Below, in pieces: positions 11,336 to 24,099 of a stretch of 62,457 bases of DNA. Below the pieces are notes generated by a model. That model was not told the DNA's origin. It did no database searches and saw only the letters and a list, made by a program, of their open reading frames with translations. Each line of letters opens with the position of its first letter. The first letter of the stretch is position 1. This DNA is from Octopus bimaculoides (taxonomy: Eukaryota): the NCBI RefSeq assembly GCF_001194135.2, contig NC_068988.1, positions 84,371,920-84,434,376 of the forward strand. Reading direction: 5' to 3'. The position numbers and the translations under genes are program-made.

Positions 11336-12376
11336 GTATTGTTGTTGTTGTTGTTGTTGTCCACTAGAGCAACAGATAAAGTGCCTTGTAATAGTTAGAT
11401 ATTTCACTTTATATTCTAAGTTCAAACGATGATAAAATCAACCTCATTTTAGTTGGTAAATGCAATAAGTGTCAGTCATATACTGCAGTTGATTCAATTG
11501 AATATTCCATCACCTAAATTTATAACCTTGTGCCTATGTTAGCAATCATTTACCAGTCTTATTTACTGTCAATATGACCAAAATCACATGCTGTGGGCTT
11601 GAATCAGCCCTTGTTGTTTTACATCTTGCTCAGTCAGTAGTTACCAATTCAGAGAAGCATAACATTTGCTTCAGTAATTGCAATTTTAGTTGGCATTGTG
11701 GGTATAGGGGCTCTCAGACTCCCTATTAGGGTACTACAGAGTTAATTTTCTAAAACCTTGGGAAATACTGTATAGTTTCATATTTCTACATTGATTTTAC
11801 TCATTTCAACCTGGTATTATGGCCCTGTTGGGGCACCACCAATGGTATAAATATTTTTTCAGGCATGTGTTGAGGAGGGTTGAAGAGCATGTTCTGAGGA
11901 GGGTGATTGCATTTGAGGTAAAAGCAGTGCAAAAGCAAGGTGGAGGGGACAGGCGGAGAAGATTGGGAGGGTTGGTTTGAAAAAGGAGGACGCCCAAAAC
12001 CAGGCAAGATGGTGTGAGTGCAGTTGCTATGGCATTGAGGTAGATCTAGCCATGTCTGTTAACGGAGACAAAATTTGGATTTAAAACACTGGATGATGAT
12101 GTTAATGATTTGAGACTGGAATACAAAATGGTGTTATCTAGCCACAGGTCATCAAAAACAATTCAGTCAGAAGCACCTTGTTCATCTCCAGAACATTGCT
12201 TATCGAGGACTACATTAATTTGTCCTTTTCTCTTATAGATAGTATATGAATTAAAGGAAATTTAGCTGTTATTTCCAGCAGGTCAAGCAATCATACACAT
12301 ATCCAGATTTCAAAGTTATTCACAGCAGATAGCAACAAAACTGGCAGCTGCCTCTTTCTTTGTTTTCTAACATCAT

Positions 12377-12460
12377 CTATTGAACACACAGACACACAGT
12401 TGTTAAAAGCAGGACCTGCAGCTTACTGCACACTGCTGTATATGTCTGTGTGTTCAATAG
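12377..12460. mobile_element. 84 bp micro-MITE with 18 bp perfect TIRs and a 10 bp TSD (Mutator-like)
   Basis: CTATTGAACACACAGACA (12377-12394) / TGTCTGTGTGTTCAATAG (12443-12460); CTAACATCAT at 12367-12376 and 12461-12470. Confidence 0.75.
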
Positions 12461-12814
12461 CTAACATCATACAGAGAGAATGGAGATTTCACTATCTGTA
12501 TGCACACAGATAGATCTGTTGGAGATTTTTATCTCAGACTCCTAGACATGTTTAATATTATATAGATTATGCTCCTAAAACAGACAAAGTAGAGCTCCAC
12601 TAAGACAAATGTCACCAAGACCTCAAAGAACATGTATATAAAGACCTAGTGCTTAGTTCTGACTGTAGAACATGAAATTGAGGAGAGACAAATCTTCCCT
12701 TGGATATGATGCCAGTCTATTGCAGGTAACTTTCTTAGAACTGGTGCCTATTCTCTACAGTTAATATAGATTGTTTTTAAACATCTATTTTCTAATTGTT
12801 ATATTCACACATTG

Positions 12815-13270
12815 GTACAGGTTTGGATGTGTGGTAAGAAGCTTGGTTCCCAACCACATGGATATATGTGTATGTATCTTTGTGTTTGTTTCTCTTCCCT
12901 ACCACCCCCAATACTTGAAAACCAGTGCTGGTGTGCTTACATCCCCGTAACTTAGTGGTTCAGCAAGAGAGACTAATAGAGTAAGTACCAGGTTTAAAAA
13001 AAAAAAATAAGTACTGGGGTCAATACATTCGACTAAAACTTCAAGGTAGTGCTTCCAACATGGCCACAGTCTAATGACTGAAAAAAATAAAATATAAAAG
13101 ATATAGGCACAGGCATGGTTGTGTGGTTAAGAGGTTCACTTCCCAACCTTGTGGTTTCAGACTCGGTCCCACTGCATGACATCTAGGCAAAGTATCATCT
13201 GTCATAACCCTGGGCTGATCAATGCCTTTTGAGTGGATTTGGTAGATGGAAACTGAAAATGAAGCCTGTT
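12815..13270 (+). mobile_element. Two adjacent tRNA-type SINE copies (12815-13105 and 13106-13270)
   Basis: Heads ...gtgtggtaagaagcttggttcccaaccacatgg and ggcatggttgtgtggttaagaggttcacttcccaacc; bodies shared with minus-strand copies near 3495-3620, 17215-17385, 42405-42530 and 56660-56830. Confidence 0.6.
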
Positions 13271-13275
13271 GCGTA

Positions 13276-13480
13276 TATGAGGAGGTGCTGAAAAGTTCCT
13301 GGCTTTGAGTAAAAGAAAATACAGGAGGATCAGTTAATTTATTCAATGTATTCCCTTCTCAGATTCACACACTTATTGCCACAGTCCTTCAGTTTTTCTA
13401 AGCCCTGTAAAAGAACTTGGAAGGTTGGGTCTCCAACTAGGCCTTTCATGATACCCTTAAGGCCAGTAACATTTCAGTAC
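13276..13480. mobile_element. Mariner end fragment (one TIR)
   Basis: tatgaggaggtgctgaaaagttcctggct resembles the TIR of the mariner at 47946; no partner TIR found. Confidence 0.45.
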
Positions 13481-15643
13481 CTCTTGTATAGGTATATTTG
13501 TGTGTCTACATCTGCCACTCACTTACTTGAAGGTCCCAACATTCGCACTTTATTCTGTTCACATTTCAGTAAATCAACTGCTCACTTCTAAGCTACATGG
13601 AATAAGATCCCCTGCTTGTAAAACAGATAAGGGTTTGCTTCAGGAGAAGCACCTAGCTATGAAATAATACCTTAATAAGATATTCATCTATCCCATGCTA
13701 GAATGGAAAAACTGATGTAATATAAATGATCCACTCATCCTTTAGCTGGAATTGAACATGGAATTTCTTTTTCTAATATCTAATCCTTTTACAAGTATCA
13801 AAAATGCAAACTACTTTTGCTTTTTTCTCCAAGATGCCAACCTCTTGCATATAGCTCTCCCCATTGCACTGCTGGCTGTCAAAATATTTGTCAATTCCAC
13901 TTTGTTAGTGCTACTGACAGTGACAAATTACCTATTCAGCCACGAGGCTACTAAACACGGTTGAGTGGCTGTTGTTGTGGAATACATGCTCAAGGTTCAG
14001 AAATTCAATTCAGCTTCTAGACAAATCATAGTATATATATATATATTCTATATTCTTTTCTACTCTAAGCACAAAGCCCAATATATATTCTATATTGCCT
14101 AAATCTACCTCCTCATCAGTCATTAGTGTCTGGGAATGTTATATGCAACATTCATGTTCTCTCCACTACACTTCTTACAATAAAACCAGAGAAAAATACA
14201 GAAGTCTTTGTGGCTTAGGAGACATTTTAATTTTTACTTAAATATAGCTATCAAGCACTGTCCATAAACACAGTACAGAGAACAACATGATTAACAACTG
14301 TGTTGGCTATGGACACAGTATAGTGAACTCTATTTTTGGTATCTACTTACAGTTAGGTGGATTAGGTTAGTGACAGTTAAGTGATTTGGCTATTGACTGA
14401 AGATATTTAGTAGGATAGATGTTGCAGTTGAAGAATGGGTTCTTTTTGTTTGATGTGAATACAAAAATCTTCAAACTACTGAAAGTTGCCCCTCTTGGAG
14501 TGTGGCTTGTTGTACAACCTCTTATTTATTTATTTATTTATTGTTATTAAGAATATAATATTCTGGATTATTAACCTCATCTTTACTGTATATATTCACA
14601 TCTACACTGTTTATATACACATTGTTTCAGTTAGTGGTTTATTACATCAGTGTCTCAGTAAATAATGCTATCATCACCTATGGTTTAGAAATAAAGCTAC
14701 CTAGTTTAAATTTAATCTAGATCATTTACTTATCCAGGTGATAACCAAAGATCAAACAGATAGCAATGTAGTACTAGATGTAAATATTATGAAAATATAG
14801 TGTAAAAGATATAGTCAATAGTCTGGAACTTTAATCAGCTGAATTCCTTTAATTCTGTTAATTGCACCTCTCTTGTTTATATCAATATTTCGTTTCGCTT
14901 TGCTATAATTAGCATCAGTTAGGTAGTTTGATAATGAATCTAACATTTAAAAAAAACAAGTAATTGTTAAGATTCCAGCCATTATTCCATTAATCAATCA
15001 ACTGAGAATTAGTTTGTTTAGCACGTTTACTTCCTGAAAATTTAGCATTGTGTTCAGTTTGAGACTTAAATTAAGTTTAAACATTTCACTATGAAAGATG
15101 AAAATTGCTTGTTAAAACAGTTTGAGAATAATTTTTTCACTTCTGAAGTATTGATAAAATCTCCTAAACAGACTATAAAATCTTGATGTTTGTAAGCTAA
15201 TTTTATTAGAATTGATCATGTTTAATCTAATCACCTAACATTGTTAAATTTACTGCATGCTTGACTATTCAGATTTTGATGTAGTCATTTTATGTCTCTG
15301 ATATTGTGGTGAAAATGTCTTTAACTATTTCCTTTAATTTTGTATATTTGCTTAACTTCTTTATTTTACTTGCCATAAAGATGATGTTTTAAATTAGTGT
15401 ATGTGTGTACACAGGGAATTAATATAAATTAATATTAAAAAAGTACAGAAATGGTCTTCTCTTTTTGTTATTACTTAAATCTAAGTTAGCCCTTAATACA
15501 ACAGGCTTATTAATGAAGTGTTTTCTAGCTGTGACCATTTTGTTTTTATTCTAACGTGGTGTGCCTTGAGCTACAAAGATATAAGGAAGATTTAACTATT
15601 ATTTCTAGCAGATGAAGAACTGCACTGACATTTCATTGTTTCA

Positions 15644-15674
<31 letters not shown>

Positions 15675-16509
15675 ATATGTAACATTTCGTATATGTAGTT
15701 ATTTGGCTCAAAGCTATTCAGGTCTTGCAAGCTTGTGATCAAAGATGTTTGAGCTCTGACCATCCTGTTTGTTGTGTTATCAGATATATTCAATCAAGAA
15801 TTGCATTATACAATGTATTTGGGTTGGAGCTGAATGTTGCAGTCATAGAAACTGTACAGTGAATTATAGTTTCCTATGACACCGTACAGGTCGAGCTATA
15901 CCCACAAGAACAGTCCAACTCAGTAATTTAAGGCAATAATGTTAACGCTTTTTTTTTTACATCAGTGAACTTTTCCACCAGCCCCAGTGGGCTGGATATT
16001 TGTGGGATAATTAGCCAAAGACACACTCATTATTGGTGATATGATATAAACTACTGATCTTTTTAACTATTTGTCCAGCATCTGATCAATTTGGCCATCT
16101 CTATGTATACACACAGATGATATAATTAGGTGTGAGTGGTAGGGATAATAACCGTTTGTTTCTCTTGCTGGTGTTTTCATTTTTCTTGTAATGAATATAT
16201 TTATGTATTCAAGTTGATTAGTGGAAGCAGTTGGGTTTAAATTTTACTAAATGACCATTAGATAGGTCTGTATTTGTAATTTAGTTTTTCTATGAGATAA
16301 TGAGTGGTTAGGGGAAAGTGGTGAGAGTTGGGGGCAAGTATCCATAGTCATTAACAGTTGAATTGTAATTTCAACTCTAGCTTGAAACCTCACTAAGGAT
16401 CATGTAAACTACAACTGGGTACCAACTTATTTGTTTGTTTTTTTCTGCATAGCTTAGTCGACAGGAAAGGGGAATTGCTCATGACCCATGTTGGCTCTTC
16501 TGTACGTTA

Positions 16510-16905
16510 ATCATCATCATCGTCGTTTAACGTCTGCTTTCCATGCTAGCATGGGTTGGACGATTTGACTGAGGACTGGTGGACCAGGAGGCGACACCAT
16601 GCTCCAATCTGATTTGACTGAGTTTCTACAGCTGGATGCCCTTCCTAACGCCAACCACTCTGAGAGTGTAGTGGGTGCTTTTACATGCCACCGGCACGAG
16701 GGCCAGTCAGGCGGTACTGGCAACGGCCACGCTCAAAATGGTGTATTTTACGTACCACCTGCACAAGGTCCAGTCCAGGGGCACTGGCAACGATCTCACT
16801 CGGATGTCTTACTGGCAAAGGCCACGCTCGAAATGGTGTATTACGTGTCACCTGCACAGGAGCCAGTCCATCGGCACTGGCAACGATCTTGCTCGAATGT
16901 CTTTA
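16510..16905 (-). mobile_element. RTE 3'-UTR element with CAT/GAT tail and internal tandem modules
   Basis: Reverse complement of the 54780-55066 sequence; repeated ggcactggcaacgatct modules. Confidence 0.8.
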
Positions 16906-17713
16906 ATATGTTAGAAAAATGGGAGCAAGAAATGTGAAGCACAGTGAGACAGAGGAGAAATAGTTTGTTCATTTGTTTTACATCTGTTTTTCAGTGCTAA
17001 CATGGGGGTTAGACAAATATTATTGAGTCATTATTTTATAGGTGTGTTCTTTTTGTTGTTAACCTTTATCTTTTTTTTTTCTCAAGTAAAGGATTTTTTT
17101 TATTCCTTACCTTCAACAGCACAGAGCTAGCATATAATTTGTTGACAGGCAATACAACAAATTTCAGTTTGTTACTCGGCATTTTTTCTTGTGAAGCACA
17201 ATGTATACATTCATGCACACACACACACGACAGGCTTCATACAGTTTCTGTCTATTGAATGCTTTATGAGGCATTGGTTGGCTTGATGATACAGTAGATG
17301 CTTGCCCAATGTGTTGCATAGTGGGACTGAACCCAAAACCACATGGTTGCAAAGCAAACTTCATGGTCACACAGCCATGCTTGCACTTATATATATTATA
17401 TTATCATTTATATTTAGAGAGATAGATGTATTTGGTGTCTCCTATGTTGAAGTGGTATGTAACTTGCTAGTCCTGAGAAGCAAAGACCATTGTAGTAGCA
17501 GTAGAATAGTCAATGAAGAGACCCTGTATCTGTGGGTAAAAGATGTAATGTATTAGGGAGTGAGTCTTTGCCAGTCAGAGTATAACCTATGACCGTGTGT
17601 TCATTAGCTATTGTTCTATTGTGAAAAAGTAATTTGGGGTTTTAGAGATTCAATAGAGGGGTTGTAGGATGATGTGTTCAATAGTTATGATTTTTTTCAT
17701 CTCTTTTTGTTAG

Positions 17714-17854
17714 AACCAGATTCCACCAACTGCTGAAATGGATCGTACTAATGACTTAGTATATGAAAGTACTACTAATGTGGTGCGAGCTGTCATGGAA
17801 CTGACCAGAGTGGCTCATTTGGTAAGACCAGATGATTATATTGACTTTGTACAG
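17714..17854 (+). CDS. PTK2: FAK FAT domain exon (helix 1 and hinge): NQIPPTAEMDRTNDLVYESTTNVVRAVMELTRVAHLVRPDDYIDFVQ
   Basis: ctctttttgttag acceptor and CAG|GTAAGG donor; 141 nt. Aligns by eye to human PPTANLDRSNDKVYENVTGLVKAVIEMSSKIQPAPPEEYVPMVK. Confidence 0.92.
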
Positions 17855-18559
17855 GTAAGGCATCCTTTCCGCTTCAGTTCCATTCTTATTCTTTTCCCTT
17901 TTTTTTTCTTTTTTTTTTTTGTTATTTGACTGGGGTTAGATTTGACTGTCTTCCTTCTAGGGTTGGTAAAATAAAAGATCAGTTACATTGGATTACCTTC
18001 TCTCTCTCTTTCTTTATGGCTCTGTGCCAGTACTAGAAAATATCATTTTGTCAGCATTGTCATGATCATTGCTCTGAAGGTGGAGAAAGAGAGCTGGTAG
18101 AGTAGAGGAAAAAATGCTATGTGTATTTAGTTGCATCCCTTTGAGTTCAGTACTTGCTGTCACTGACTCTGCCTTTCAGCTTTCTAGGGTCAATGGAATG
18201 AACTACCAATCATATGCTTAAGCCATTTTAAGTGGTACTTTTTTATGATTTTGGTTCCCTCTGAGGTTGATGTGAATTAGAAGTGTGAGTGAACTAAGTC
18301 CTTGCCATTCAGGTGAGTTGCTTTCTTTTGGATGTGATAGATTTTCATATGCGTAACAGCCATAGCAACTACCGTTTCATGATGTGTGAACAGCATTCCA
18401 TTATTGATCTCACTTAAGATTTGTAGAAAGTCATTTACTCTAAAGGAAATGGATGACTTTTGGGATGCAGTTTTAGTTATGTTCTGTTTGTGATTTCACC
18501 TGGGGAGTTCATCTGTTATGATAAGGTTTAGCATTTAGAGTGACTTTGGGTATTTTAGT

Positions 18560-19350
18560 TGCATGTTGTTTAAGAATAAAGAGGGTGAGTTAGGAGACTG
18601 CTTCATTGATATGTGTGTATTGTATCATTGTGCTTTTGATTATTGGAGAATGTTTGAGGTTTCCACTCATGGGTGCAGTGATGTATCTCCATTGTATGTA
18701 GATTACATGTGTGTGGAGAGCTAAGGAGGAATGAAGGGTGACGTCATGTGCATAGGAATTAGCTTTGTTAGAGATGACAACACATAGGTTGTTATGTACA
18801 GGAAGAAACGGAAGGACAACATAACAAAACCTTAGGTCACACCACAATTCTATTCATGGAAGCAGAAGTGAAGTGTCTAGGATTTGTGTTGATGATGCTT
18901 TTCTTTGTGTGGAGTGTTAAGGAGGAATGATAGGTGCCATTGTTATGTAAGAATGAGCATTATACCTTCCTTCAGAGTTAGTGTCTGTGTTAGAAATTAT
19001 TATTTGGTCAAAAGAGTCTTTGTCACTTTCCCCAGACTGGGAAGTTAAGTCAGTGTAGGATATATTCAGCTTGAACATTTCTGCAGGATAGAAAATGTAG
19101 ACAAACAGCAGAGAAGTGGGGATCAGGAAGGTTTGAGGTCTGAGAAGAAAGGATTGGATGAAGCATTTAGTATGTTGGCTTTGGTATGATCAGAAATTGG
19201 AGGGAACTGAGTAGAAGAGATGCAGGTTCATTAGGGTAACTTTAGGTAAAAGTCACACTAGTTCAAAATATCAGAAGCCATTGTAGTAGTAGTAGTAATC
19301 CAAGAGGCAGGGAGAGGTTGCAATATGTTATTGTGGTACAGACAAAGGTA
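18560..19350 (-). mobile_element. Decayed non-LTR RT remnant (CR1/Jockey-group-like)
   Basis: Minus strand NCGVT*GFVMLSFRFFLYI (approximating GVPQGSVL) followed by NSYAHDVTLHSS (approximating SYADD); boundaries approximate. Confidence 0.4.
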
Positions 19351-19479
19351 AGGTCTGAAGGGATATTTAACTAATATTACTAGAAAGATAATGCAAATCA
19401 ATCCATAGACCAAGATGTTGGGAACAATGACATAGTATAAAGTCAGTCACAAATTTGGGGGCAAGAATTGTAGTTGATT

Positions 19480-20036
19480 ATCAATTGGCCTTGGAACAAT
19501 GAAATAGTCAAAATTGGTATGGTTTGAACTCAGAACATAAAGGGACATAACTAAGCACCATAGAATATTTTGCCCATCAATTCTACCTAATAATATAATG
19601 ATAATAATTTCTAATTTCAACAGTAGACCAAGGAGTTAATCAATTACATTGCTACCCCCCCCCCAAAAAAAGTACATGATTGGTACTTTATTTTATTGAC
19701 CCGGAAGGATAAAAACAAAGTTAATTTTGATGGTATTTGAACTCAGAATATAAAGAGCTGGAAGAAATGCCTCTAAGCATTTTGTCCAACGTGCTAACAA
19801 GCCATCCAGTTTGCCACCTTAATGATAATAATGATAATCCTTTCTACACTTGGCACAAGGCCTGAGGTTTTTGTGAGGGTATGTGGGTTGATTACACTCA
19901 CCCCAGTATGTGACTGGTACTCATTTTATCAACCCTGTAAGTCTAAAAGACAAAAGTTGACCTTCATGGAATTTGAAGTCAGAATGCAAAGACAGATGAA
20001 ATGTCACTAACCATTTTGTCTGCCAATTCACTGCCT
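19480..20036 (-). mobile_element. Cluster of ATT-tailed SINE copies
   Basis: Repeated ggtacttta...gacc...atttgaactcagaa...aagcattttgtcc blocks. Confidence 0.6.
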
Positions 20037-20055
20037 TAATAATAATAATAATGAT

Positions 20056-20551
20056 TGGTGCCAAATTTTGTGGGAATTTTCCATACAAGCAGATAAAATA
20101 CTCAGAACCTAACAAACCTGACATCATTGTCATTGATAACATTTTTTGATCGAGCATATCTGTTCAACACATGAATGGAATGTAAAGAAGCAGAAAAGTT
20201 GACAATTTATAACAAGTTGAAATATGAAATCATTAAGATCTGGAAAATAGGAAGTAACTATCATGCCAGTAATCACAGTAACATTAGAGATAATGAAGGA
20301 CAACGTTGCAAAATAGCTGAAGATCAGACTATAGCATAAGATAGATCTCTTATAAATAGTTTGCTTATTCAGAACAGCATATATTACAAAGGATATTCAA
20401 TGATAGATTCACTAAAAGGAATAGAAAAGGCAAGGAGAAGCTGTTTTGATACCTAAGACTCCTGGTTGTAGCCTGCTACGAAGCAGAAAAATGACCAGAT
20501 TTATAAGAACCATCCTGAGAGAAAACGTGCAATATTAATAATTATTATAAT
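20056..20551 (+). mobile_element. R4/Dong-like (restriction-like endonuclease) LINE 3' fragment, decayed
   Basis: ILWEFSIQADKI / NKPDIIVID (PD motif at 20111-20122) / KEAEKLTIYNKLKYEIIKIWKI / EVTIMPV; TAA-rich sequence on both sides. Confidence 0.65.
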
Positions 20552-20675
20552 CAGCTACAATTGGATTGATTGTGATTACGTAATTATTTTGTTTGCTTGC
20601 ATATTGGAAGAATTTTTTTTTTTTTTTTTTGAGAAAAAAAATATTTTTGACTTTAAAACTGTTTGTCTTTTTCAG

Positions 20676-20756
20676 AAAATTGGAGGTGCTTTACGGGATC
20701 TGTTATCTAATGTTGATCTGTTGCTGCCCTCTTTCCATCTGGATGACCAACATCTG
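20676..20756 (+). CDS. PTK2: FAK FAT domain exon: KIGGALRDLLSNVDLLLPSFHLDDQHL
   Basis: tttgtctttttcag acceptor and CTG|GTGTGT donor; 81 nt = 27 aa, the same length as the human segment EVGLALRTLLATVDETIPLLPASTHRE. Confidence 0.9.
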
Positions 20757-20959
20757 GTGTGTAATTTGTCAAACATCTCATTGGCTGGTTGTGTATAAGG
20801 AAGTGTGGTAAGGGTTAACTGTGAATGGTGTGTGTGTGTGTGTGTGTGTGTGTGGCAGGGTTTAACTTTGTTTAAATATAAAGACTTTCAAATATGTGAT
20901 ACAATTTTGGGTGCATATCAATTTAAATAAGAGCCACAACACAATCCTATAATATAATT

Positions 20960-21022
20960 ATACACATGTGTATATATATATACATGTGTATATATATACA
21001 TATGTGTATATATATGTGTATG

Positions 21023-21053
<31 letters not shown>

Positions 21054-21174
21054 GTGTATATATATATGTGTATATGTGTATGTATATGTATGTGTATATA
21101 TGTATGTGTACATATGTATATGTATGTATATATATGTGTATGTATATATGTGTGTATATATATGTATATATATA
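20960..21174. repeat. (TA)n/(TATG)n microsatellite before N-gap 21175-22088
   Basis: Direct reading. Confidence 0.95.
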
Positions 21175-22088
21175 NNNNNNNNNNNNNNNNNNNNNNNNNN
21201 NNNNNNNNNNNNNNNNNNNNNNNNNNNNNNNNNNNNNNNNNNNNNNNNNNNNNNNNNNNNNNNNNNNNNNNNNNNNNNNNNNNNNNNNNNNNNNNNNNNN
21301 NNNNNNNNNNNNNNNNNNNNNNNNNNNNNNNNNNNNNNNNNNNNNNNNNNNNNNNNNNNNNNNNNNNNNNNNNNNNNNNNNNNNNNNNNNNNNNNNNNNN
21401 NNNNNNNNNNNNNNNNNNNNNNNNNNNNNNNNNNNNNNNNNNNNNNNNNNNNNNNNNNNNNNNNNNNNNNNNNNNNNNNNNNNNNNNNNNNNNNNNNNNN
21501 NNNNNNNNNNNNNNNNNNNNNNNNNNNNNNNNNNNNNNNNNNNNNNNNNNNNNNNNNNNNNNNNNNNNNNNNNNNNNNNNNNNNNNNNNNNNNNNNNNNN
21601 NNNNNNNNNNNNNNNNNNNNNNNNNNNNNNNNNNNNNNNNNNNNNNNNNNNNNNNNNNNNNNNNNNNNNNNNNNNNNNNNNNNNNNNNNNNNNNNNNNNN
21701 NNNNNNNNNNNNNNNNNNNNNNNNNNNNNNNNNNNNNNNNNNNNNNNNNNNNNNNNNNNNNNNNNNNNNNNNNNNNNNNNNNNNNNNNNNNNNNNNNNNN
21801 NNNNNNNNNNNNNNNNNNNNNNNNNNNNNNNNNNNNNNNNNNNNNNNNNNNNNNNNNNNNNNNNNNNNNNNNNNNNNNNNNNNNNNNNNNNNNNNNNNNN
21901 NNNNNNNNNNNNNNNNNNNNNNNNNNNNNNNNNNNNNNNNNNNNNNNNNNNNNNNNNNNNNNNNNNNNNNNNNNNNNNNNNNNNNNNNNNNNNNNNNNNN
22001 NNNNNNNNNNNNNNNNNNNNNNNNNNNNNNNNNNNNNNNNNNNNNNNNNNNNNNNNNNNNNNNNNNNNNNNNNNNNNNNNNNNNNNNN

Positions 22089-23489
22089 GTACAGAACATA
22101 AATAACTGATAATTCTGATTTAATACTTCATAGCATAACCATTATTCAGTTCCACTTCAACCAATCTCTTCTTGTAGTTCTTAATCAGTGACTCGCATGT
22201 TTCTTTAGGAATTTTTTCCCATTCTTCTGAACAAATTTTCTTCAAATCTGGAATGTGCATTGGGGCTCTTGAATGAGTTTTAAATTCCAAATAATGCCAC
22301 AAATTTTTAATGTGGTTCATGTCAGGTGACTGGCTTGGCCATTCTAATAATTTTATATTGTGATTGACAATCCATTTTTGGTAGACTTCGCTGTATGCTT
22401 TGGGTTGTTATCCTGTTGTAAAACCCACCCTTCACAAAGCTGGAGCTTTTCTACAGAGTCCCATAAATTATTGTTCAAAATATTTTGGTACATCTCTGTA
22501 TTCATTCTACCATCTATCACATGTAAATTTCCAGTGCCATTTGCAGAGAAACACCCTTACACAATGATGTTGCCACCTCCAAACTTTACAGTAGGAACTG
22601 TGTTTTTCGGCGAATAGGTGGTACCATCTTTCCTCCAAACATGGCTACATGAATTTCGTCCAAACAATTCAATTTTTGACTCATCTGTCCAAAGAACATT
22701 TTCCCAGAATGTATCAGATTTATCGTTATGTTCATAAACAAATTTTAAACGGGCATCTCTATGCCTTTTAGTCAACAATGGAGTTTTTCTACGAGAGCAT
22801 GACTTCAGTTCATTCCTATGAAGTTCATTGCTGATTGTTCATAGTGTAATATTAGTCCCTGAAGCTAACAAATCTTCTTGCAACTCCTTTCTGGTGATCA
22901 TTGCATTTTTCTTCGATTCTTCACTTCNNNNNNNNNNTTCGTGGTGCACCGGATCTTATTCTGTTTTCAACAGTTCCTGATTTTTTATATCTTTGAATAA
23001 ATGAAGATATGGTAGAAAATGGAATACAAATGGTTTCTGATATTTTCCTGTAACTTTTACCTGCTTTCCACTGTTCAATGATTAAGTTTTTCACTGAATT
23101 TGTGAGTTCTTTACTTTTCGCCATTATTACGACACTACTTTATGTTGTCTCAGTGCTGAATGAAGAAGCTAGCGTTTTAACACTTAAAAATGACCACTGA
23201 TAAGATTATTGGAACAAACAAGAAAGTTCTAGTAAAAAAAACAAACTATTTTAACAGTATTTTGTAGCATAGAAACTCATAAATTTATTCTGTACAAATA
23301 CTTTTTTCATCCCTAAATATTTATAGTTGTATATAAATTCATTAATTACTATAATTTATTAGTTTCTTTGCATATTCTTAGTTTATGCATGTGTATGCAA
23401 CTATAGTATTGGTATATCCCATTTATGTTCATTAGAAATTAAATAAATAAAGAATTTTGACATGTACAAATATTTATTTCCCCCCACTA
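22089..23489 (-). mobile_element. Tc1-family DNA transposon, near full-length transposase pseudogene (ATG 23124 to stop 22120)
   Basis: HTH region MAKSKELTNSVKNLIIEQWKAGKSYRKIS; WTDESK; KFGGGNIIV*GCFS (premature stop); QQDNNPKH; WPSQSPDMNHIKNLW (catalytic E replaced by K). TIR TAGTGGGGGGAAATAAATATTTGTAC ends at ~23489; the other TIR is lost in the gap. Confidence 0.92.
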
Positions 23490-23533
23490 TATATATGTTT
23501 ATATATATGCATATATATATATGTTTATATATA

Positions 23534-23569
<36 letters not shown>

Positions 23570-23589
23570 TACATATATATGCATACATA

Positions 23590-23928
23590 TATATGTGCCT
23601 GTGGTACGTAAAAGGCACCATCCAAACGTGGTCGATCGCTCCTCCCCCTTTCCCCACTGGTTTCTGTTCCAGTAGCTTGTAAAAAGCACCATCCGAACGT
23701 GACTGATGCCAGTACTGCCTGACTGGTTCCTGTGTCGCTGGCACATAAAATGCTCCCACTACACTCACAGAGTGGTTGGCGTTAGGAAGGGTATCTAGCT
23801 GTAGAAACATTGCAAGATCAGATTGTAGCTTGGTGTGGCCTCCCGGCTTGCTATTCCCTGGTCAATCCATCCAGCAATGCCAGGATGGAAAACAGATTTT
23901 AAACGATGATGATGATGATGATGATGAA
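23590..23928 (+). mobile_element. RTE 3'-UTR element with (GAT)n tail
   Basis: cactacactcacagagtggttggcgttaggaaggg...gatggaaaacagattttaaacgatgatgatg. Confidence 0.75.
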
Positions 23929-24099
23929 GGCTGTGGATCACCAAATTGGTTGAGAACTGGCTGAAATACCTGGCAAAATGCAATTATATTAGAGACGTCT
24001 TCAAATCTGGAATATGCATTGGGGCTCTTGAATGAGTTTTAAATTCCAAATAATGCCACAAATTTTTAATGTGGTTCATGTCTGATCTGTCTCTTCTCT

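Noticed and set aside
11800-12010. Pro-rich minus-strand ORFs and a purine-rich plus strand as the missing PR3 exon
   Set aside because: The Pro-rich reading is antisense to FAK; the plus-strand frames I read after the candidate acceptor hit stops.
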